64,000 nt of DNA from Lachnospiraceae bacterium. Its GTDB lineage: Bacteria; Bacillota; Clostridia; Lachnospirales; Lachnospiraceae. The stretch covers positions 16,027-80,026 of the forward strand of contig SVEY01000010.1 in the NCBI GenBank assembly GCA_015057165.1. Direction: 5' to 3'. The notes below the pieces were generated by a model. The model saw nothing but the letters and a program-made list of their open reading frames with translations. It was not told the origin of the DNA and did no database searches. Every line of letters starts with the position of its first letter. The first letter of the stretch is position 1. Made by a program: the position numbers and the translations under genes. Positions 17,107-25,812 of this stretch are shown piece after piece.

Positions 17107-17794
17107 CAGTTTATTTACAAGTGTGCTAACAGAAAGCACAGAAACAATTTCAATTTCAAATTTCATTGCATGTATCGGAGTTTCTTTACTAATTGGAATA
17201 TTCTTCGCATTCATGTATGCATTCAGAACAAAGTATACTAAGAGCTTTGTAATTACACTAGCAATGCTTCCAGCAATTGTATGTACAGTTATAATGATGG
17301 TTAACGGTAATATCGGAGCCGGAGTTGCTGTAGCCGGAGCATTTAGCTTAGTTAGATTCAGATCAGTACCAGGTAGTGCAAGAGATATCGGCTCAATATT
17401 CATGGCAATGGGAGCCGGACTAATTACCGGAATGGGTTATCTAGGATATGCAATTCTATTCTCACTAATTATGGGAATTGTACTAATGGCACTTACAACA
17501 GTTCCATTTAGTGGCAACAAGAAAAGGGACGCAATTGAGAAAACCCTTAAGATTACAATACCAGAAGATTTAGATTACTATAACGTTTTTGATGATATAT
17601 TTGACCAATACACAACAGAGCATTCACTTGTAAGCTCTAAGACAACTAATATGGGTTCTATGTTCAAACTGATATATAACATTTCTCTTAAGGACCCATC
17701 TAAGGAAAAGGAATTCGTCGACAATCTTCGTTGCAAGAATGGCAACTTAGAGATTGCACTCACAAGACAGGAGGTAAATAACAATGCATTATAA
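17099..17794 (+). CDS. DUF4956-like integral membrane protein
   Basis: 231 aa with 4-5 TM segments and the ..FSLVRFRSVPGSARDIGSIFMAMGAGLITG.. motif. It overlaps the upstream stop codon, which suggests translational coupling. Confidence 0.65.
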   Translation: MLNSLFTSVLTESTETISISNFIACIGVSLLIGIFFAFMYAFRTKYTKSFVITLAMLPAIVCTVIMMVNGNIGAGVAVAGAFSLVRFRSVPGSARDIGSIFMAMGAGLITGMGYLGYAILFSLIMGIVLMALTTVPFSGNKKRDAIEKTLKITIPEDLDYYNVFDDIFDQYTTEHSLVSSKTTNMGSMFKLIYNISLKDPSKEKEFVDNLRCKNGNLEIALTRQEVNNNAL

Positions 17795-19367
17795 AAAAAT
17801 AAAAAAAGTGCTTGCTGTACTCGCCATCGGATCGATGCTTACTTTTACAGCAGCTGGATGTTCATTAAGCAATAATAGTAATAGCACAACTACAAGTAGT
17901 GAAACTGTCGAAGCCGTAGACATTAATAATCTATTCTCAGACAGAGACCTAGATTCAAGCTACGATGCTTCATCACCTAAGATTACACTATCAGATAGCA
18001 GCATAACAAGTGATAGTGACAATGCTAAAGTAAGCGGCAACACTGTAACAATAAGTGCAGGCGGAACGTATATTATTACCGGTTCTGCTTCTGACGCACA
18101 GATAATTATTGACGCAGGAACAGACAAAGTACAACTCGTACTAGATAATGCTTCACTTACATCTTCTAGTGCAGCTGCCATCTATGTAAAGCAAGCTGAC
18201 AAGGTATTTGTCACATTAGCAGATGGAACAACAAACTCTATATCAACATCTTCAGACAGTGTTGAAATGGACGATAGCACAGTTGACGGCGCAATCTTTT
18301 CAAAGGATGATTTGACATTTAACGGAAATGGTACTCTTAACATAACAAGTACTAAGACGAATGGAATTGTTGGAAAAGACGACTTGAAGCTTGTAAGCGG
18401 AACAATAAACGTTACTTCTGGCAATCATGCGATAGAAGGAAAAGATACAATTAGCGTCAAAGAAGCTATTATTACTGCAAATGCAGGTAAAGACGGTCTA
18501 CACTCAGATGGAACAGTTAGTGTTGTAGGCGGTAATATTAACATAAATAATTCCGTTGAAGGAATTGAAGGTCAGGTAATTAATATGGCTGGTGGTAATA
18601 CCAACGTTGTATCATCAGATGACGCTCTTAACGCAGCAACAGCTGATTCAAATACAAGTAACAATCCTGAAGCTTCAGATAGCAATGCCGTCCTCAACAT
18701 ATCAGGCGGTAAGCTTACAGTAAATTCTAATGGAGATGGATTAGATTCAAATGGAGCAATCAACATTTCAGGTGGAGAGACATACGTATCTGGACCAACC
18801 AATGATGGTAACACAGCCATAGATTTTGGCTCAGAATGTGTAGTAACAGGAGGAGTTCTAGTTGCTGCCGGATCATCAGGAATGGTTGAAGCAATGTCAG
18901 ACAAATCAACACAAGCAGTTATGACAGTAAATGCAAGTTCTAACAGCGGAACAATTACAGTAACAGATAGCTCTAATAATAAGGTTGTTGAATACACACC
19001 AGACAAACAATATGCATGCGTAACAATTAGCGCACCTACCCTCCAGGTTGGACAAACATACAAAGTAACATGTGGTACAACATCAGAAGATATTACATTA
19101 AATAGTACAGTTACAAGTAACGTTCAGGCAACTATGGGTGGCGGCATGAGAGGCGGCCAGATGGGCAACATGCAAGGTTCTAATAAAGGAGGTAATATGC
19201 AAGGTGGCAACATGCAGCCACCTTCTGGTCAAACTGACATGATGCAACCACCTTCTGATCAAAATGGTCAAATGCAAAATGGCCAGATGCAACCACCTTC
19301 TGATCAAAATGGTCAGATGCAAAATAAAATGAACCGTGGCAATATGCAAAATAAAAAGACAAATTAA
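17784..19367 (+). CDS. Lipoprotein with a Cthe_2159-like carbohydrate-binding / beta-helix domain and a Q/M/N-rich repetitive tail
   Basis: Lipobox LTFTAAGCS. The body has a repetitive T/S/G/N-rich beta-helix-like periodicity. The C-terminus reads GGNMQGGNMQPPSGQ...QPPSDQNGQMQN. Confidence 0.6.
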   Translation: MHYKKIKKVLAVLAIGSMLTFTAAGCSLSNNSNSTTTSSETVEAVDINNLFSDRDLDSSYDASSPKITLSDSSITSDSDNAKVSGNTVTISAGGTYIITGSASDAQIIIDAGTDKVQLVLDNASLTSSSAAAIYVKQADKVFVTLADGTTNSISTSSDSVEMDDSTVDGAIFSKDDLTFNGNGTLNITSTKTNGIVGKDDLKLVSGTINVTSGNHAIEGKDTISVKEAIITANAGKDGLHSDGTVSVVGGNININNSVEGIEGQVINMAGGNTNVVSSDDALNAATADSNTSNNPEASDSNAVLNISGGKLTVNSNGDGLDSNGAINISGGETYVSGPTNDGNTAIDFGSECVVTGGVLVAAGSSGMVEAMSDKSTQAVMTVNASSNSGTITVTDSSNNKVVEYTPDKQYACVTISAPTLQVGQTYKVTCGTTSEDITLNSTVTSNVQATMGGGMRGGQMGNMQGSNKGGNMQGGNMQPPSGQTDMMQPPSDQNGQMQNGQMQPPSDQNGQMQNKMNRGNMQNKKTN

Positions 19368-19412
19368 CCACGATTCATACATTTAACACTTTTAATTAAG
19401 GAATAACACAGT

Positions 19413-21557
19413 TTATAAATCTGTGATATCCCATATAGTACTGCAGAAAAGTTTCCTTCCCTCGCGCTCGTGCAAAAAGAATACCCTAAAGTACAACTTT
19501 TTTGCAGTGCCCTTAGGTGAATTGTAAATTACACATCCAGAGGATGATTTCGACTTAGAATTAGATGCATTGTTAAATATTTCTATAAAATCAGAATTAT
19601 TGTCAATCAATCTATCAGCACTAGCTATTATTTCATCCTCTGTGACTTCACCTAGCATACTAAATACTCTATAATACTGTTCGTTAACTCTTACAACAGA
19701 CAGCTTATCTCTAACAATTTCAAAGAAAGCAAAAGGTCCCAACACTTCATTAATCATAGAATCCGTAAAAAGATTAGTCCTTAAGAATTCTAGGACATGA
19801 AGAGGTTTATAATTACTAACCTTGCCATCACCTTCTCGTTCCACTTTAGAATTATCCTTTATTAGCTCTTCAAACTTCTTAAGAGGCATAGGTTTATAAT
19901 AATAATAACCTTGTGCATATACACATCCAAGTTTTGTCAAAACTTCAACCTGATCTAAACGTTCTACACCTTCAACAATAATCGGAAGTCCTAATTGATT
20001 AGACATTCCCACAATAGAATCTATTATACTAATGCCCTTCTCCTTATTCTCCCTGTCCTCATTTGTATCAAGAAATTTCATATCAAGTTTCAGGACATCA
20101 ACCTTAAGATTTCGAAGCATATTGAGAGAAGAATAAGCACTTCCGAAATCATCTAATAACACTTTGAATCCAGCTTTTCTAAGTCGATCCACTGTTTTAT
20201 TAATCAAACTATATTCTTTTGCGTAAGCACTTTCTGTTATCTCAATATCAATCATATTAGGACTCAGATCGTACTTCTTAATTAAATCTTCAAAGTATTC
20301 TGCTACATCACCAGCAAAAACATCTATTTGTGACACATTTACAGAAATAGGTAGTGGTTCTCTTCCTCTGTCAATCCAGCTCCTTAACCACTTACATACT
20401 TCTTCCCATATATATCTGTCTAGATTTGTGATAAAACCATTGTCTTCAAGAATAGGAACAAATTTACCCGGAGATATTAGTCCTTTAGTTCTATGTGCCC
20501 ACCTAACCAAAGCTTCCGCACCAACTATTTTGCCGTTAAGCATATTAACCTTAGGTTGCAAGAAGAATCTAAATTCCTTAGCATCCATTCCTCTTTGGAC
20601 ATCACTAAGCATTATTAATTCATCGCCAGTTTTTTTCAAAAGTCTCGGATCATATATAGCTATTCTGTTATGATAATTGCCCGGTATATCAGACATAGCC
20701 GTTACAGCATTATCATACATAAGCTGCGCATCGTATAAACTGTCTCTAGCCTCAAATATTCCATACATTGGGCCAAAGCCTATTGACTGACCATACTTTT
20801 CTAGCATATCTATAATTCGCTCTTGGATTTGCTCAATCAATCCAAGATTATATGGTGCAAACAGGGCAAAATTATCCCCTCCTAGATAACCACAAATCGC
20901 TCTTGTTCCAGCAGTATATTCTTTCAAACAATCTGCCAGCTCTTGAAGATAAATATCTCCCTCTTCACGACCAAACCAATCATTAAATAGGCGGAAGTGT
21001 TCTATATCAATAGCCACCATAAAGTAATCTTCTACTATCTTGTCAGATTCAATTAATTTATCACATGCATAGAAAAATGAGGCATATGATAAGAGCCCAG
21101 TTTTCTCGTCAACGTTCCTGCTATTTTCTTCCATTTGAGCTTTAAGCTTATATGAAAGTTCCCTTTGCTTCTCAAAAAGCATAACAGTAGCAAGCACTCT
21201 TCGCCTAACAATTCTTGGCTCAAAAGGTTTCAGAATATAATCAAGAGCTCCCAGATCATATGTCTTCTCAACCTTATCAGCTTCCTGCTCTCCAGAAATA
21301 ACAATGACAGGAATATAATCAATTAAGTGTTCCTTATTCATAACACTTAATACTTCATACCCATCCATTCTAGGCATCATAATATCAAGAAGGCAAAGAT
21401 CAATTTTCTTCCTTGAATCACGCATTATCTCTAATGCTTGTATCCCATCAGTGGCCTCATAAATTTTAAAATCCGCACTCAGAATAGTATTGAGAATATC
21501 TCTGTTAATATCAGAATCATCGACAACCAATACACTATACTTTTTTTCTTTCCCCAT
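19413..21557 (-). CDS. Response regulator with REC, degenerate GGDEF, EAL and a C-terminal PAS-like domain
   Basis: REC: VLVVDDSDIN..DIMMPRMDG. The GGDEF site reads GGDNF. EAL motifs are intact: EALVRW, DDFGSAYSSL, EGVE, QGYYY. I chose the ATG at 21557 behind a GGGGGA RBS; the track starts with TTG at 21575. Confidence 0.9.
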   Translation of the reverse strand: MGKEKKYSVLVVDDSDINRDILNTILSADFKIYEATDGIQALEIMRDSRKKIDLCLLDIMMPRMDGYEVLSVMNKEHLIDYIPVIVISGEQEADKVEKTYDLGALDYILKPFEPRIVRRRVLATVMLFEKQRELSYKLKAQMEENSRNVDEKTGLLSYASFFYACDKLIESDKIVEDYFMVAIDIEHFRLFNDWFGREEGDIYLQELADCLKEYTAGTRAICGYLGGDNFALFAPYNLGLIEQIQERIIDMLEKYGQSIGFGPMYGIFEARDSLYDAQLMYDNAVTAMSDIPGNYHNRIAIYDPRLLKKTGDELIMLSDVQRGMDAKEFRFFLQPKVNMLNGKIVGAEALVRWAHRTKGLISPGKFVPILEDNGFITNLDRYIWEEVCKWLRSWIDRGREPLPISVNVSQIDVFAGDVAEYFEDLIKKYDLSPNMIDIEITESAYAKEYSLINKTVDRLRKAGFKVLLDDFGSAYSSLNMLRNLKVDVLKLDMKFLDTNEDRENKEKGISIIDSIVGMSNQLGLPIIVEGVERLDQVEVLTKLGCVYAQGYYYYKPMPLKKFEELIKDNSKVEREGDGKVSNYKPLHVLEFLRTNLFTDSMINEVLGPFAFFEIVRDKLSVVRVNEQYYRVFSMLGEVTEDEIIASADRLIDNNSDFIEIFNNASNSKSKSSSGCVIYNSPKGTAKKLYFRVFFLHEREGRKLFCSTIWDITDL

Positions 21558-21575
21558 TTCTAGTCCCCCATTCAA

Positions 21576-22358
21576 CTAGTATTCTAAATAATCCTTTATC
21601 TCCTTCTTTATCATTTCTACTTGTTCTTTCGTTTTCTCATTTATAAAATCATCTTCAAGTATTCTCATCAAGAATCCTTGTTCTTTTGCAATTTCTTTAG
21701 ATTTTGGAAAGACCAATTCAAAGCTCAATGCCACAAACCCCACTTTTACATCAGCCATTGTCTTCCTAAGTTCTCTTTTAATTGCATGATGTTCATAAAA
21801 AGCATCTAATACTTCTGGTGTAATCTCAGAATCAAGCAATTCTTCTCTAGTTACTGCATACACATTATTTACTGGTTCTTCCATTGCCACTCTAAATATA
21901 TCTACTTTATCAGCATCTCTTATGATATTACAGAACAATTCCTCTTTTTCACTCAAATCATCTGGCAATTTATATACACTATGCCATCTTATTGCAAGCT
22001 CCAGATAATGAATGTCTTCGGCGTGAATATCACTTTCATCTACAAACCTGTTAATGAGTCCTTCTTCAAAGAGAATTTCACATCCTAGCTTTGCATGATC
22101 AACTGATTTGGAATCATAAAATGTTCTATAAATTGTATACTGTCTAAATCTTGCAATATCATGAAGCATACCAATCAGATAGCACAGATTAACTTCATCA
22201 TTACTGAGCTTCAATGACTTGGCAATATCAACACATATAGCTGCAACATTAATTGTGTGTACCTTTTTTAAGCGAATCATTTCATCTTCAACATCAAATT
22301 CTTCTACATATTCATTAAAGACACTTTTTATCTTCTCTTTATCAATGTTCATACTCAC
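21576..22358 (-). CDS. HD-domain metal-dependent phosphohydrolase (YpgQ/YedJ-like)
   Basis: 260 aa. KKVHTINVA...GMLHDIARF...RDADKVDIF motifs. Confidence 0.75.
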   Translation of the reverse strand: MSMNIDKEKIKSVFNEYVEEFDVEDEMIRLKKVHTINVAAICVDIAKSLKLSNDEVNLCYLIGMLHDIARFRQYTIYRTFYDSKSVDHAKLGCEILFEEGLINRFVDESDIHAEDIHYLELAIRWHSVYKLPDDLSEKEELFCNIIRDADKVDIFRVAMEEPVNNVYAVTREELLDSEITPEVLDAFYEHHAIKRELRKTMADVKVGFVALSFELVFPKSKEIAKEQGFLMRILEDDFINEKTKEQVEMIKKEIKDYLEY

Positions 22359-23326
22359 TCGCCTTTTAACACACCATATATTCCTTTTAATATGTTATAA
22401 TACATTCTTCCGTTTTCTTCTTTAAGGCTCTCAGTTAGAAGCTTATAAAAGTTGTTAAGGGAATCGCATTTCTTGTCTTTTATAACATTGAGGATCTTCT
22501 GCAAATCCTTAAAACCTTTGTCGTTAAACGCCAAGAATATCCTAACAAGATAATCAAGTCTTTGCTCTTCGTTAGTTATGTATGTCTTAGAAACCTTATC
22601 TTTAAGTTCCTTATCATCCTTAATCATATGATAATACTTAGTTCCTACTTCCTGTCCAAATAGATTTGTAAGAACCATGTGATAATCACCTAGCTTCTTA
22701 ACACTTACACATCTTCCGATAGCTTCAACATATCCCATCTCATTAGATGGTTTTTTCTTCCATAATGTTTTAGGAATATTGGATGCTTCCTTGCTCTTAG
22801 CTTCTTGTTTCTTCGTATCTTGTTTTTCCGTGTCTTGTTTCTTCGTATCCTGTTTCTTTATTTCCTGATTTGTCGTTTCTTTTTTCTTACTTTTTAGTGC
22901 GACTTTTTTTACAGCTTTTGCTTTTGTTGCTATTTTCTTTTTAGCCTTCTTAGGAGATTCCATTTCAACGCCTACACGGCTAATGTTAACCCCTTTTACA
23001 ACCCAATAATTTACAACAGCATCATATCCTTTATCGTTGCTAATTATAACAAATGTATCTTTTGCGCCTTTAGCAACGCAATACCCTAAGTCTGTTACTA
23101 ATTGAAAATCTAATGCATTTTGTCCCGTAAAACATTTAATCCAATTTAGATTGGCTTCTCCCTCCGCAATTCTACTGAATTTCTCATATGATACATTAGT
23201 ACTTTTCTCTGTGTAGAAAACTTTAATTTCATCCGTTTTCTTTATCTGTGGAATTGTATCAATCCAATTATCATTTACATTCTCACTATCAATAAAATAA
23301 ATTGTCTTATTACCAAATAAACTCAA
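22355..23326 (-). CDS. NYN/PIN-like domain protein with a Lys-rich repeat linker and an unknown C-terminal domain
   Basis: N-terminal blocks YFIDSENV, QNALDFQLVTDL and IISNDKGYD parallel the LabA/NYN acidic motifs. TTG start with an AAGGAAGGA RBS. The 4-nt ATGA-type overlap with the HD gene suggests coupling. Confidence 0.5.
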   Translation of the reverse strand: MSLFGNKTIYFIDSENVNDNWIDTIPQIKKTDEIKVFYTEKSTNVSYEKFSRIAEGEANLNWIKCFTGQNALDFQLVTDLGYCVAKGAKDTFVIISNDKGYDAVVNYWVVKGVNISRVGVEMESPKKAKKKIATKAKAVKKVALKSKKKETTNQEIKKQDTKKQDTEKQDTKKQEAKSKEASNIPKTLWKKKPSNEMGYVEAIGRCVSVKKLGDYHMVLTNLFGQEVGTKYYHMIKDDKELKDKVSKTYITNEEQRLDYLVRIFLAFNDKGFKDLQKILNVIKDKKCDSLNNFYKLLTESLKEENGRMYYNILKGIYGVLKGE

Positions 23327-23340
23327 AATATCATCCTTCC

Positions 23341-25779
23341 TTAGGACAATCGTATCAGTTCCCTATAAAGTTCTTTTATTTCCACAGGCTTAGCAATATG
23401 TGCATCCATTCCTGCTTCAAAAGCTTTCTTTTTATCCTCTTCAAATGCATTAGCTGTCATAGCAATTATAGGAACATGACCTTTCGTCCTCACTTCTGCA
23501 TTTCTAATAATTCTAGTTGCTTTATAGCCATCCATATATGGCATCTGAATGTCCATAAGAACTACATCATAATTGGTACTTTTCTTTTTTCCAAGTATTT
23601 CGACAGCTATAGTACCATCTGTTGCTTCTTCAACTATCATTCCTACCTCTTCTAGAACGGATTTGGCGATTTCTCGATTCAAATCATTGTCTTCTACAAG
23701 AAGCACTTTCTTTCCCTTAAGTGCAGATAAATCAAGCTCTTCTTCATCTTCAATGATACTATCTGCATTAGCAACTTTAAGCCTTATAGAGCATATAAAT
23801 TCTGTTCCCTTTCCAAGGGTTGACTCACATGACACTTCTCCATTCATTAATTCCACTAGTCGTTTTGTTATTGCAAGTCCAAGACCTGTACCCTGTACCC
23901 CAGTTACTGATGAGCGATTCTCTCTTTCGAACAAATCAAACAAATGCTTTTGAAATTCCTCACTCATACCTATTCCCGTATCTCTTACGTGTATTTCATA
24001 GATTGCATAACCATTCTGAGCAGGATTTCTTTGCTTAATCTCAAACCATATTGTTCCACCTTCTTTTGTATATTTAAGCGCATTACCAATAAGGTTTAGT
24101 ACGATTTGTTTTGTACGTAAGCTATCTGCTTCCACTACATCATCTATAATCTCAAGGGAGTGATTAAAAGTGATATTCTTCTTATCCATGTCAATCTTGA
24201 ACATATCGACAGTCTCATTATAGTGGGTTCTAAGGTCAAGGACTGATTCATTAAGTTCAACCTTACCACTTTCTATTCTTGCCATATCCAGAACATCATT
24301 TATTAGGCCAAGCAGATGTTTTCCTGACTTCTCAATTTTACTAAGATAATCCGTTAGCTTATCAGGATTATCCATTTCATTTTGAGCAAGGGAAACAAAA
24401 CCAAGAATAGCATTCATTGGCGTTCTAATGTCATGAGACATATTGAATAAGAAGTTAGACTTAGAAGAACTAGCGTGCTTTGCCTCCTCTAAAGCAGCAC
24501 GAAGAATAAGTTGTGTTTCAAGATCTTTTCTATATTCATCATCCACATCACGAAAACCTAGAACAATTCCTTTATATTCTCCATTTTCTTCAATCTTTAC
24601 TGCTTTAAGTCTATACTGTCTCTTTTCTCCATTAAGGATTCTTGTATAATTAAATGTAACTATACCCTTCTTATTAACATCATCACGAAGCTTCTCATAG
24701 TTTAGATATTTATAAGCATCATCATCCTTCTTTATATATGCTTCTCTATTAATATACACTTTAACCATATCGTCAAAACTAACTTGGCCTTCTAGCAAAT
24801 GACCAAAACGTTTCTTAACATCATCCTCAGCACGATATAGTCTAACAGTTTCTCTCTCCACATCAACATAAAACACAGCTGTATAGTCATCAGATAAAGC
24901 TTCAACTATACGACTATTCTTTCTATTCTCAATTTCTATTCTCTTAACTTCTGTTACATCAGTAATTCCAACAGCGACGTGATTATATGGCGGATTATCT
25001 ACACCGGTAAAATTAAGAGAGAAAAATCTGTCTCCTGAATAATCTCTCCATCTGTAAGTCTGAGTACACTTACCCTCATCCCATAGCGATATTCGAATAT
25101 TTTCTACTTGCAATGCCTCTGTTATTCGCTTTGCTTCGTCATCATCCATTCCATAGACAAGATACTCTTTCAAACTGTCCATTGAATCAATGGCCTCGGC
25201 ACCTAAATTGTCTGGCTCATTTCCCAGAACACTGCTATATCGTACAGGTATTACCAAACCACTTGTTAAATCAAGTCGAAATATGCCATAATATTCCTCT
25301 GTAAGCAGGTCCATCAACTTATTCATCTGATGGGAACTATCATAATTAATCTTATATTCCTGTATGGCTTTTTCTACTCCAGAATCCACACTAATATTAG
25401 CAAGTTTATCCGATATATCATCAATAAACATGTGATATACCAATCCTTGAGATACCATATCGTTTAAATTAACATAGGCATCTACCCATTTGACATTACC
25501 ATTTTTCGTGACAATTCTAAATAAACTATGTTGCATTATAAAATGCTCATTACTAACACATTCGTCTTTCTTATGATTAACTCTCGGCTTATCATCTTCA
25601 TATATGGCATTATAGATATAGTCTTCACAGTAACTTTTCAATTCAGCTAAAGAACCACACTCGAACAATTCTAGGCACTTACCGTTTGCGTCTAGTATCT
25701 CTTCTTCTCTATTTCTTACATCAATTCTGCAAAGCAAATATGCCATATTTTGATCATAATGATTCTCTCTGTAAGCCAT
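23341..25779 (-). CDS. Hybrid sensor histidine kinase (PAS-like repeats, HisKA, HATPase, REC)
   Basis: 812 aa. H-box FLFNMSHDIRTPMN, HATPase G-boxes and a C-terminal REC (VLLVEDNDLN..MDIQMPYMDG). Confidence 0.9.
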   Translation of the reverse strand: MAYRENHYDQNMAYLLCRIDVRNREEEILDANGKCLELFECGSLAELKSYCEDYIYNAIYEDDKPRVNHKKDECVSNEHFIMQHSLFRIVTKNGNVKWVDAYVNLNDMVSQGLVYHMFIDDISDKLANISVDSGVEKAIQEYKINYDSSHQMNKLMDLLTEEYYGIFRLDLTSGLVIPVRYSSVLGNEPDNLGAEAIDSMDSLKEYLVYGMDDDEAKRITEALQVENIRISLWDEGKCTQTYRWRDYSGDRFFSLNFTGVDNPPYNHVAVGITDVTEVKRIEIENRKNSRIVEALSDDYTAVFYVDVERETVRLYRAEDDVKKRFGHLLEGQVSFDDMVKVYINREAYIKKDDDAYKYLNYEKLRDDVNKKGIVTFNYTRILNGEKRQYRLKAVKIEENGEYKGIVLGFRDVDDEYRKDLETQLILRAALEEAKHASSSKSNFLFNMSHDIRTPMNAILGFVSLAQNEMDNPDKLTDYLSKIEKSGKHLLGLINDVLDMARIESGKVELNESVLDLRTHYNETVDMFKIDMDKKNITFNHSLEIIDDVVEADSLRTKQIVLNLIGNALKYTKEGGTIWFEIKQRNPAQNGYAIYEIHVRDTGIGMSEEFQKHLFDLFERENRSSVTGVQGTGLGLAITKRLVELMNGEVSCESTLGKGTEFICSIRLKVANADSIIEDEEELDLSALKGKKVLLVEDNDLNREIAKSVLEEVGMIVEEATDGTIAVEILGKKKSTNYDVVLMDIQMPYMDGYKATRIIRNAEVRTKGHVPIIAMTANAFEEDKKKAFEAGMDAHIAKPVEIKELYRELIRLS

Positions 25780-25812
25780 ATTAATCTCCTTTGAGAAAAC
25801 TACATATTCGCA

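Noticed and set aside
22801-22875. Short tandem repeats here and at 19212-19331, considered as a possible CRISPR or minisatellite
   Set aside because: The units are contiguous with no spacers, in frame, and inside well-supported coding sequences. They encode low-complexity peptide repeats.
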